64,000 nucleotides of DNA, from the NCBI GenBank assembly GCA_965248535.1, contig CBDFJR010000005.1:1856001-1920000 (forward strand). The letters run 5' to 3'. Shown piece by piece: positions 1-8,181 of the stretch. The notes under the pieces were generated by a model. The model saw only the letters and a program-made list of their open reading frames with translations. It ran no database searches and was not told the origin of the DNA. The position numbers and the translations under genes were made by a program. How positions within the stretch are numbered: position 1 is the first letter of the stretch; every line of letters begins with the position of its first letter. The DNA comes from Phormidesmis sp. GTDB taxonomy: Bacteria > Cyanobacteriota > Cyanobacteriia > Leptolyngbyales > Leptolyngbyaceae.

Positions 1-194
1 TCAGGACGGTCTTTGAGGTCTGGCAGATGGCAGATTAACGGGCAAGCATGAATGTCACAGCGATTTTGCTCGTACCAGTTAAACCGCTCTGAAAGCCGAT
101 AATTGTATTGACGACGTGCAAGTTCAAGCCACTGATCAATTGTGGTTTGCTGCGTTGCAGTCAATCTCAATCGGTACTGATGAGCAGTTCTCAT
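1..194 (-). CDS. tnpB: TnpB-family RNA-guided endonuclease, N-terminal part (runs off window start)
   Basis: Manual translation from ATG at 194: MRTAHQYRLRLTATQQTTIDQWLELARRQYNYRLSERFNWYEQNRCDIHACPLICHLPDLKDRP, a typical cyanobacterial IS605 OrfB N-terminus. Not in the ORF track. Confidence 0.9.
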   Translation of the reverse strand, partial: MRTAHQYRLRLTATQQTTIDQWLELARRQYNYRLSERFNWYEQNRCDIHACPLICHLPDLKDRP

Positions 195-252
195 TTGGGC
201 ACAGTCAATCAGCGTGCTATTATTGTACTGCATATTTCATGACACTGCAACA

Positions 253-387
253 ATGACCAGTAAAGAGATTGTTCAGATTCGATTGCCGAAAGAAGAGAAA
301 GAACGCTTGGATTCTTACTGCCAGAAAACGAGACGGTCAATCACGGATGTCCTACGGGAGTTTATTCGTTCACTGCCTGAGAGATAG
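253..387 (+). CDS. CopG/ribbon-helix-helix small DNA-binding protein (44 aa), divergent from tnpB
   Basis: Manual translation MTSKEIVQIRLPKEEKERLDSYCQKTRRSITDVLREFIRSLPER*: beta strand (VQIRL) plus two helices (SITDVLREFI). Confidence 0.8.
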   Translation: MTSKEIVQIRLPKEEKERLDSYCQKTRRSITDVLREFIRSLPER

Positions 388-626
388 TTCGTTTCGTCGT
401 TGCTGTCCTCCCTCGTCTCATTGCATTCGACATGAGTCAGACAGCACTCCTCATCTCACACGCATTCATCCCGACGCTTACCGAAACGCTAGAGCGCGGG
501 GCGGCGGCTCAGGCTCAATAGGGCGAAGCAGTTCTGATCAGAAAGGCAACAAACCCGCCGAAAGCTAGAGAGGTTTTCTGGGCAACGATCGCTAGAATGT
601 CGTCATTAAGAACAGGGGATCAAAGC

Positions 627-785
627 ACTAAAAACCCAGGGATCATGGCTAGTCCGAAAGCATCAAAATGAAAGTACTAGGAATTCTGGACTGAGACACG
701 GAGAATCTTAGGACGAATCACTAGGAGTTCTGAACTGAAACCCTGAGAATCATGGAGGTACAAATACTAAAAATCGTGGATTAAG
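627..785. repeat. Degenerate direct repeats in intergenic DNA
   Basis: ACTAGGAATTCTGGACTGAGACACGGAGAATC (676-707) vs ACTAGGAGTTCTGAACTGAAACCCTGAGAATC (720-751), plus partial copies near 627 and 766. Confidence 0.55.
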
Positions 786-947
786 TCACATTGATTAATG
801 GCATAGGCAATAGACACGGCAAAGCTATTTCTCTACATCGCTTTTGACTCATGCTGTATTTTCATACCGATTCTGATCTCGTGAAGTTCACGTCTCTAAG
901 TTATCACCAGCATCGTTCTTAATCCAGAACGTCATTTTTTATAATCT

Positions 948-1397
948 ATGATTACAAACACTTTCTCTAATCGTCGTAAAGAGGTTCTAAGAGTTGTTCT
1001 TTCTGTTTCAATAATTATTGTAGGAATCACTCACTTTGCGATCCCAATTCCGTTTGTTCGCATTGTGCCCCCGCAGCTTCCTAGCCCGCTTGCCCTTGTG
1101 TATATCAGTGGCTTCTTTGAGATTCTAGGCGGCATTGGGTTACTGATTCCAGTCGTGAGTGTGGCGGCAGCTTGGGGATTGATTGCGCTGTTTGTCGCGG
1201 TGTTTCCTGCAAACATTAATATGGCGATTAATCAGATCGCGATCGAGGGCATTCCCCATCAGCCAATTTTATATTGGGCTAGACTGCCGTTTCAAGCCGT
1301 GTTGATTGTCTGGGCCTGGTGGTATACAAGACATCCAGAGCGACAGCCAGGGTTTGAGAGTGTCATGAAATTAACAAAATCCTGGATGGGTCGTTAA
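948..1397 (+). CDS. DoxX-family membrane protein
   Basis: GITHF, SGFFEILGGIGLL, AVFPANINMA, WARLPFQ motifs; 4 TM segments. Confidence 0.85.
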   Translation: MITNTFSNRRKEVLRVVLSVSIIIVGITHFAIPIPFVRIVPPQLPSPLALVYISGFFEILGGIGLLIPVVSVAAAWGLIALFVAVFPANINMAINQIAIEGIPHQPILYWARLPFQAVLIVWAWWYTRHPERQPGFESVMKLTKSWMGR

Positions 1398-2428
1398 GGC
1401 GGAGAAATCGGTTGATCAGTTGACTTGGCAGACCAAATAGGCAGGCGTTCGACCTGCTCAAGCGTTAGCTGCACATAGGTCGTCTGGGTGCCATTAGCGA
1501 TCGCTTGACCAAAATAGCCCTGATCACCATCGTGAGTGTGAGGGCCACTGTCTAAAAAGTGATAACGACCCTGCTGTTTGGCTCGGTTAAAGGGCGACCC
1601 GATCGTCCAACTCCATCGCGAAGAAAAAACAATGCGAGGAATGCCCTCTACCCAGTCTCGTTGACCTTTGAGGTGATAAACCTGCTGGGCGGCATCAAAG
1701 CCAGCCTCACCGTCAAATGCGCCCCCGGCTGAGACAACGGTGAGGTTTGCAGGCAAACGATCGTGCAAATATGGAACGGCACCCAGCGCTACCTGTACGC
1801 CGCCACTCGTGCCCAGCAAAATTAGGTGAATGGGTCGCCGACGCGGAATCGGGTGAACGGCGTTCATGCGTTCCACGATCGCGGCGGCAATGCCCTGTCC
1901 ATAAACAGTGCCATAGCGATCGTCAGCCGAAATCGCAAATCGCCAGAGATTGCGAATCTTAATCAAAACATTTGCAGTCTTGAACCAGCCGTCTGCTTTT
2001 TCAGCCGTTTTCCAGACTGGAGCCAGCAGCCGTTCGCCGCCTAAATCTTTGTTGGCGACTGAATAAGGAAAAACATCTCGAACCGTTACGCAGTTGGGAT
2101 GACGCTGTTCTAAATGATTTAAGAAAAATTCTTCGCCTGACGATAGCTGATTGGCTGAGAAATCGCCGACTCCTGGCAGATAGACAATGTAGCAATCGAT
2201 CGCCCGTTTTGCCGATTTTGAGTTGCGATTAGCCGAAGAGTTAGCGGGCAGTTGCTCAGGGTCTTGCTTTTTTAAGCCCAAACTTTCTGCATTTTGACTG
2301 AGCCACCACACTAGAGTTCCGATCGGGGCAACGGTGCCCCAAATCAGCAGCAAGACTCCTGCCAAGGCCAACAGCTTTAAGGTGTCCCCTTGCATTCGCT
2401 GTAAAATTCGCCCCACAAACTTAAGCAT
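1394..2428 (-). CDS. Membrane-anchored alpha/beta-hydrolase-like protein
   Basis: N-terminal TM, YIVYLPGVG, GTSGG nucleophile elbow, C-terminal HDGDQGYF. Confidence 0.65.
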   Translation of the reverse strand: MLKFVGRILQRMQGDTLKLLALAGVLLLIWGTVAPIGTLVWWLSQNAESLGLKKQDPEQLPANSSANRNSKSAKRAIDCYIVYLPGVGDFSANQLSSGEEFFLNHLEQRHPNCVTVRDVFPYSVANKDLGGERLLAPVWKTAEKADGWFKTANVLIKIRNLWRFAISADDRYGTVYGQGIAAAIVERMNAVHPIPRRRPIHLILLGTSGGVQVALGAVPYLHDRLPANLTVVSAGGAFDGEAGFDAAQQVYHLKGQRDWVEGIPRIVFSSRWSWTIGSPFNRAKQQGRYHFLDSGPHTHDGDQGYFGQAIANGTQTTYVQLTLEQVERLPIWSAKSTDQPISPP

Positions 2429-2490
2429 TCTACTCAGTTAGATACCTCTCTTAGAGTAGAGTATGGCTGCACAGCAACTAGGAACGTCCC

Positions 2491-3060
2491 GTGAGACATC
2501 AAGCGTTACAAGAAGGATTTTGGAAGGCGTTAACCAACGCCCTGCTGTTAAACGCTGATTTCTATGAAAACGCCCGCAACACCCCCAAAAATCATCGCTT
2601 GGCGCTGACGATCGTGCTGCTAGCTGCCCTTTCTCACCTGCTAGGAAGCGCGGTGATTTTGCTGATCAATCGAGTCGCCCTCCCGGTGTTTTTTGTGGCG
2701 CTTTTGTTTGATGGACTCAGTGTTGTTGTGGGTTATTATTTCTGGACGTTTACGATCTGGAAAGTAGGACAATGGATGAAGCCCATCGATCCAACTTATA
2801 GCGATTTGCTGAGTCCGATCGGGTTTGCTTATGCGCCGCAAGTGTTCAATTTTTTGACGCTAATTCCACTGTTGGGAAGACCGATTCAGTTTGTGCTGGC
2901 AGTCTGGAGTCTGCTGGCTGTGATCGTGGCGGTGCGTCAGGGGCTGGATGTTCGCACTCGTCAAGCCGCGTTTATCTGCTTGGTTGGGTTCCCGATTATT
3001 CAAGCTGTGATCGGGCTAGTTCAAATCTTGGGACAGCGGATTGTGGATTGGACAACTTGA
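2491..3060 (+). CDS. YIP1-family membrane protein
   Basis: GFAYAPQVFNFL...WSLLAVIVAVRQGL pattern; 5 TM segments. Confidence 0.8.
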   Translation: MRHQALQEGFWKALTNALLLNADFYENARNTPKNHRLALTIVLLAALSHLLGSAVILLINRVALPVFFVALLFDGLSVVVGYYFWTFTIWKVGQWMKPIDPTYSDLLSPIGFAYAPQVFNFLTLIPLLGRPIQFVLAVWSLLAVIVAVRQGLDVRTRQAAFICLVGFPIIQAVIGLVQILGQRIVDWTT

Positions 3061-3083
3061 GTTTGGTCATGAAACCTGCTGAA

Positions 3084-4127
3084 TTATCTAACCCTTCTGC
3101 GCTTTTGTTGGGGTGATCTACGCAGCATTCCGGCGATCGTCACCACAGAGCCGAGCAGCCCAAGAGCATAGTGAGTGTAGGGAGTTTGCCGAACCTTGAT
3201 TGGCGATCGCTGCATCTTAGAGGGCTGATTGGGCGAGTCGTCTGACGATTTTGGAACACGGATGGCGTGCTTAGATGGCTCGATCGGGAACCCTCGATAT
3301 TTAGAATAAACCTGCGTAAACTCTGCGCCAAACAGCAAAATTTGAGCCGAATAAAACACCCAAATCAACAATACCACCAGCGACCCAGCCGCCCCATAAG
3401 CAGAGCCAACTCCACCGTGACTAATATAAAGCCCCAGCAAAAACTTGCCCAAGTTAAACAATAACGCCGTCACACCAGATCCTACCCAAAGATTTCGCCA
3501 GGGAATGTTAACGTCTGGCAAAAACTTATAAATCGCTGCAATTAAAACAGTGACAACGCCAAATGAAATAACAAAGTTAGCAATCTGACCCACGATCACA
3601 AAACCCGGAACTAAATCTCCAAAATATTTTGAAACGGCTGCTAACACGGCCGATAACACTAAAGAGACTAGCAGTAGAAATCCAATCACCAACACCATTG
3701 CAAACGATAAAAATCGAGCTTGCAAAAAGCTTTTAATGCCATTGCCAGGTTTTGGCTTGACTTCCCAAATTGTGTTGAGGGCCACTTGCAGTTGACCAAA
3801 CACCCCAGAAGCCCCAAATAGCAGAATGACGACTCCCAAAACTGTCGCGATCGTGCCCCCTGACCCAGGTCGATTCGCATTCTGAATCATGGCCTGAATT
3901 GCCTCTGCGCCCTCTCGCCCTACCAAACCCTGGATCTGCCCAATGATTTCTCCTCGTGCGGCTGCTTCCCCAAAAAACAAGCCCGCGATCGCGATCACAA
4001 TCAGCAGCAAAGGAGCGAGAGAAAACACCGTATAGTAAGCCAGTGCAGCCGCTAGAAGGGGCACATTATCCTCACTCCACTCAGCAGCCGTGTCTTTGAG
4101 CAGCTTAAAACCGTCCTGAAGGCGCAT
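3084..4127 (-). CDS. YihY/virulence factor BrkB family protein
   Basis: AAALAYYTVFSLAPLL, ALNTIW, YGAAGSLVVLLIWVFYSAQILLFGAE. Start placed at MRLQDGF. Confidence 0.92.
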   Translation of the reverse strand: MRLQDGFKLLKDTAAEWSEDNVPLLAAALAYYTVFSLAPLLLIVIAIAGLFFGEAAARGEIIGQIQGLVGREGAEAIQAMIQNANRPGSGGTIATVLGVVILLFGASGVFGQLQVALNTIWEVKPKPGNGIKSFLQARFLSFAMVLVIGFLLLVSLVLSAVLAAVSKYFGDLVPGFVIVGQIANFVISFGVVTVLIAAIYKFLPDVNIPWRNLWVGSGVTALLFNLGKFLLGLYISHGGVGSAYGAAGSLVVLLIWVFYSAQILLFGAEFTQVYSKYRGFPIEPSKHAIRVPKSSDDSPNQPSKMQRSPIKVRQTPYTHYALGLLGSVVTIAGMLRRSPQQKRRRVR

Positions 4128-4353
4128 GATCTTGATTCCTAATAGAAAAAAATATAGATCGGACTGGTACGAAAAACAGGTGTCCCATGCGAGTGTATAA
4201 GCAATATGCGTAGGTCTGCACCTATCGTTAGAAGTAATTGACACAGCGCGCTGATAACCCTGAGAACTGATCGACCAACGCTAGACGAGGAGCGGAGTTT
4301 AAGCAATTGATATCTCTAAGGATAGAGGAAAGTGAATCGATCGTGAATTAATC

Positions 4354-4397
4354 CCCTCCTCAAGGTAGTGTAACTGACAATACTAAACCCTTAATCT
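4354..4397 (+). promoter_or_regulatory. Putative activator box + 22 nt + -10 (TAATCT)
   Basis: CCCTCCTCAAGGTAGT (4354-4369), TAATCT (4392-4397); second box at 4311-4326. Confidence 0.45.
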
Positions 4398-4440
4398 AGG
4401 CATCGAAGTTACAAACTAGATTTAACGAGGAATTAACACA

Positions 4441-4860
4441 ATGTCTAACTTAGAAAGCAACACTCAGAAGAACGTCACGACTGATGGGCCCGATCGGGTT
4501 GAAGAAGATGGCTACGATCGTCATATCATTCCCGCAGAGACGGCGGCACGTCGAGAGCGAGAAGGCGATCTCTTCAAGACCCATCCCACCGAAGAGGGAG
4601 AATCTAGCGCCGCTACCGACGATCAGACCGACTCTCAAAGCATTCGCACAACTGATGGCTACACCGTAGACAAAGAAGGGCTGCTCAACAACTACGCCGT
4701 CGAGCCAGAAATGTATTATGACGTGCCCGGTGATGCACGAGAGCAAGCAGAAACCGACAAAGCAGCCCGCATTGAAGAACTGAAAGAAATTAATCAAAGC
4801 AGTCAGGGCGAACTCACCGAAGAAGGCGATCAGCGCGGTCGTGGAACAGGCGTTATTTAA
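4441..4860 (+). CDS. Acidic hydrophilic hypothetical protein
   Basis: 139-aa D/E-rich ORF with GAGG RBS and GYTVDKEGLLNNYAVEPEMY segment. Confidence 0.8.
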   Translation: MSNLESNTQKNVTTDGPDRVEEDGYDRHIIPAETAARREREGDLFKTHPTEEGESSAATDDQTDSQSIRTTDGYTVDKEGLLNNYAVEPEMYYDVPGDAREQAETDKAARIEELKEINQSSQGELTEEGDQRGRGTGVI

Positions 4861-4897
4861 CGTCTAATGCCGGCCGGGCAGTAGCCACCTGAAAGAT

Positions 4898-4962
4898 AGA
4901 AACTGGGGTTCTTAGAAAACAGATCAGCGATCGCGCTGATTCCTATTAGAACCCTAGTCTCT
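4898..4962. repeat. Imperfect inverted repeat (REP-like / possible terminator)
   Basis: AGAAACTGGGGTTCT / AGAACCCTAGTCTCT arms enclosing an inner ATCAGCGATCGCGCTGAT hairpin. Confidence 0.5.
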
Positions 4963-5151
4963 GGCTCGAAAGATTTCCTAGAGAGGGCTATGGTAGGGGA
5001 ACTCCGCAGTTCCTACCTGGATTGAACCTTGGATTGAACGATGCCTAACTTTCTTATCCCGGCATGATCTATGGTTTGATAGATTTGGATGCGTTCTTTT
5101 GCAGATTCACATCCGCATCGCTCCAGCATCCAAAGCTACAATAGACGCATC

Positions 5152-5913
5152 ATGGAACAAGAAGTTATCACCCTCCTCTCTAGCCGCGAAATCGAAAAAA
5201 TGCGCCGGGCCGGACGCTTGGCGGCAGAGCTATTAGACTATCTAGAACCGTTGGTCAAGCCAGGAGTCAGCACCCTTAAGCTCAACGACGAAGCCGAACG
5301 CTGGACTCAAGCTCACGGAGCTAAAAGCGCGCCGTTAGGCTATCACGGGTTTCCCAAATCGATTTGCACCAGCGTGAATGAAGTCGTGTGTCACGGCATT
5401 CCTAACGCGAGACAAATTCTTAAAGACGGCGACATTATTAATATTGACGTGACCTTGATCGTTGAGAGCTATCACGGCGACACTTCAAAGATGTATTTTG
5501 TTGGCGAACCGTCACCCCTAGCAAGGCGCTTAGTCGAGGTGACCGATCGCTGTCGTCAACTAGGCATAGAGCAAGTGAAGCCAGGAGCCAAAATTGGCGA
5601 TATTGGGGCAGCGATTCAGGATTATGCCGAGGCTCAGGGCTTCTCAGTGGTGAGAGACTTTGTAGGCCATGGGATCAGCAATATTTTTCACACAGCGCCA
5701 CAAGTTCCTCACTATGGCAAACGGGGCACGGGCAAAAAGCTGCGTCCGGGCATGGTGTTTACGATCGAACCCATGATCAACGAGGGCACCTGGGAAGTTG
5801 AAGTCATGAAAGATAAGTGGACAGCGTTGACAAAAGACCGCAAACTCTCTGCCCAATGTGAACACACGCTAGTCGTCACTGCTAGCGGCTATGAGATTTT
5901 GACCCAATGTTAG
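5152..5913 (+). CDS. map: Type I methionyl aminopeptidase
   Basis: SICTSVNEVVCHGIP, NIDVT, HGDTS, VGHGI, FTIEPMIN, SAQCEHT. Confidence 0.97.
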   Translation: MEQEVITLLSSREIEKMRRAGRLAAELLDYLEPLVKPGVSTLKLNDEAERWTQAHGAKSAPLGYHGFPKSICTSVNEVVCHGIPNARQILKDGDIINIDVTLIVESYHGDTSKMYFVGEPSPLARRLVEVTDRCRQLGIEQVKPGAKIGDIGAAIQDYAEAQGFSVVRDFVGHGISNIFHTAPQVPHYGKRGTGKKLRPGMVFTIEPMINEGTWEVEVMKDKWTALTKDRKLSAQCEHTLVVTASGYEILTQC

Positions 5914-5922
5914 GCGGGTGAG

Positions 5923-6900
5923 TTATGAGCGGGTTGGAGAACTGCACAGCGATCGTAGCCCTGCTCGAAAGTCTGGGTCTAAATAGCGCTGCTGTAGCGT
6001 CTGCCAGGGTCGCAGCGCGTGGGCAACGTTTTGGTTAAGCTGTTTTGACAACGTAGGATACACGGCTTGAACTGATCCCTTGATCTGAGATTCCAGATAG
6101 GTTTGCAGCACCGCACCGTCTTGAATTTGACCCAACACCTCTTGGATGGTTTTAAACTCCTCAACTTGCTCGGTGTAGGCCGAGTCATAGAACTCTACAA
6201 ACAACTCTGTTTGATAGCGCACTCGCTTCATTTGTTTACGGAGATCGTGCAAGACAGGGCCGTGATGCTGGACAAACTCATCCAACATTTCTGGGTGAAT
6301 GGACTGCACGATCGCCTTTCCCTGATCGAAGGTCGCATTGACCAACCAGGCCGGATGCAGCAATGTCTGACTGATTAGCGGCAGCAATAAGTCTGGCAAC
6401 ACTTCTGGCATCGACAACTGAGCAATCGATCGGGCGCGAGGCTTTTCTAACCAACTTTCAAGGGCAGCTTTGAGTTCCTCATAGGGTGACCCTTTGAGGG
6501 TTTTCTTTAAGCCTGCAAAGTCATGTTTGCGCTCTTTTGCCATCGTTTTAAGCAGCGTTTTTAACCCGTCTTGCTCGGATGAAGGCAGGTTAGCTTGCTG
6601 CTGAGTCTTGAGTTCTGCGGTGAGCACATCAAGATCTCTGACCGCCCCCAGCGAGTGAGCGATTTGACTGATTGCCCGATCGCTGATCGATTGCGGTAGT
6701 TTGATCGCAAATCCAAACACGTCTATGGCAGTTCTTAGCCGCCGCAAGCCCACACGCATTTGGTGCAGCGGTTCGGGGTCTTGATCATCTAGAACATCCG
6801 ACTCGTGCTTGATGGATTTTTTGAAATGTTTCTCGATCGCTGCGTAAGCAAAGCTCTCTAGCGTGAGGCGCTGAGTCAGTTTTTTTGCTTGAGTTTTCAT
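5923..6900 (-). CDS. CHAD domain protein
   Basis: EPLHQMRVGLRRLRT, LGAVRDLDV, LHDLRKQMKRVRY, QEVLGQIQD. Confidence 0.92.
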   Translation of the reverse strand: MKTQAKKLTQRLTLESFAYAAIEKHFKKSIKHESDVLDDQDPEPLHQMRVGLRRLRTAIDVFGFAIKLPQSISDRAISQIAHSLGAVRDLDVLTAELKTQQQANLPSSEQDGLKTLLKTMAKERKHDFAGLKKTLKGSPYEELKAALESWLEKPRARSIAQLSMPEVLPDLLLPLISQTLLHPAWLVNATFDQGKAIVQSIHPEMLDEFVQHHGPVLHDLRKQMKRVRYQTELFVEFYDSAYTEQVEEFKTIQEVLGQIQDGAVLQTYLESQIKGSVQAVYPTLSKQLNQNVAHALRPWQTLQQRYLDPDFRAGLRSLCSSPTRS

Positions 6901-7017
6901 ACTTTATAAAAAGAGTTTGTAAATTCACAAACACTCTTTACGGTGCCACAGTTTTAGCAAGGTTTGCTCATTCTGCTGACAGAGGTTTAGCAGTTAAGTA
7001 CTCACATAGTCCCTTGC

Positions 7018-7887
7018 TCACATAGTCCCCTTAAACAATCCCTGCGGGCGCACTAACAGAACCGATACCATAATTAAGAGCGCAACCGCTAGCTTGTATT
7101 CCGATCGTAGCCAATAAGTGCTGAGTTCTTGAGCCACGCCAATTACCAAGGCTCCGGCGATCGCGCCATAGGGGTTGCCAATGCCGCCCAAAATCACTGA
7201 GGCAAATAGCGGCAAAATCAAAAACCAGCCCATGTTGGGTCTTACGGCTTCGACCAATCCCAACATGCTGCCGCCAAGGGCGGTCATGCTTGCGGCGATC
7301 ACCCACGTCCAGATCACGACTCGATCGACATCAATGCCCGTGACTCGCGCTAAATCAATATCGTCTGCGACTGCGCGCATGGCTTTGCCTACTTTGGTAT
7401 ATTGCAGCAGATAATGGAGCGCCGAGATCGCGACGATTGCTAACCCGATCACTACGAGATTATAAAGAGGAACTCTCACACCCGCTAGCAATAATGCTTC
7501 GGCTACGGGTAACTCATAGCGCTGATTGCTGCCGCCCCAAACTAAAATAATGCCATTGCGAATGAAGAGCGCTAGCCCGATCGACATAATGATTAACGTC
7601 GTTGAAGTCGCCCGTTGAGCGCGCATCGGTGCCCAGAGTAGCTTCTCAATCAGCAGCGCCACCCCCACCGTGATGGCAGCCGAGAGCACGATCGACACCC
7701 AAATCGGCAGATTGGTCACGGTATTGAGAAACAGCGTCAAATAAGCGCCCAGCGTCATGAAATCTCCGTGGGCAAAGTTAGACAGCCGCAAAATGCCATA
7801 GGTCAAACTCAACCCCACGGCTGAGAGGGCGATTATGCTACCGAGGGAGATGCCATTAACAATCAACTGCGCAATTTGGGTATCCAT
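7018..7887 (-). CDS. natD: Branched-chain/neutral amino acid ABC transporter permease (LivH/NatD)
   Basis: NFAHGDF, GKAMRAVADD..LARVTGI, ILGGIGNPYGA, RPQGLF. Confidence 0.88.
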   Translation of the reverse strand: MDTQIAQLIVNGISLGSIIALSAVGLSLTYGILRLSNFAHGDFMTLGAYLTLFLNTVTNLPIWVSIVLSAAITVGVALLIEKLLWAPMRAQRATSTTLIIMSIGLALFIRNGIILVWGGSNQRYELPVAEALLLAGVRVPLYNLVVIGLAIVAISALHYLLQYTKVGKAMRAVADDIDLARVTGIDVDRVVIWTWVIAASMTALGGSMLGLVEAVRPNMGWFLILPLFASVILGGIGNPYGAIAGALVIGVAQELSTYWLRSEYKLAVALLIMVSVLLVRPQGLFKGTM

Positions 7888-8008
7888 TCTGAAACTGTTT
7901 AGAACCTATCGCTTGATTGTCTATGAATCGGGCGAGTTTGAAAAGTTTAAAGCTCCCGATCGTTAACCCCACTGCCTGCTTTACCTTTCTTAATCAAAAA
8001 TTTCCAAT

Positions 8009-8039
8009 AAAAAAGCAGCCCCTACCCGGTTTGGACTGC
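8009..8039 (-). terminator. Rho-independent terminator
   Basis: Minus strand GCAGTCC-11nt-GGGCTGC followed by TTTTTT. Confidence 0.7.
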
Positions 8040-8069
8040 CTTTGTGTTAGACGATGAGCTTCTCAATCT
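8009..8069 (-). ncRNA. Candidate ~60-nt sRNA
   Basis: Palindromic box 8104-8119, 22-nt spacer, -10 CATTAT (8081-8076), a short ORF-free region, then the terminator. Confidence 0.4.
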
Positions 8070-8181
8070 GTGTCCATAATGCCGCAGTTGATCAGGGGGA
8101 ACATCTTCCTAAAGGTGGATAGCGATTGCTGCTGCCTAGAAAGCATTTAACCGCCCACAAGGTTAGAACTGTGTCGGTCAG

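Larger units (their letters stand above)
1..502 (-). mobile_element. IS200/IS605-family element (tnpB + RHH gene, no tnpA seen); left-end boundary approximate
   Basis: tnpB and RHH gene followed by an end-like imperfect hairpin CATTCATCCCGACGCT...AGCGCGGGG at ~463-502. Its TTCATCCC core is shared with the hairpin at 8213. Confidence 0.6.

Noticed and set aside
269..568. 99-aa ORF from the track
   Set aside because: Overlaps the better-supported RHH gene in another frame and runs through the IS end; only its tail could be a host-gene remnant, which is unsupported.
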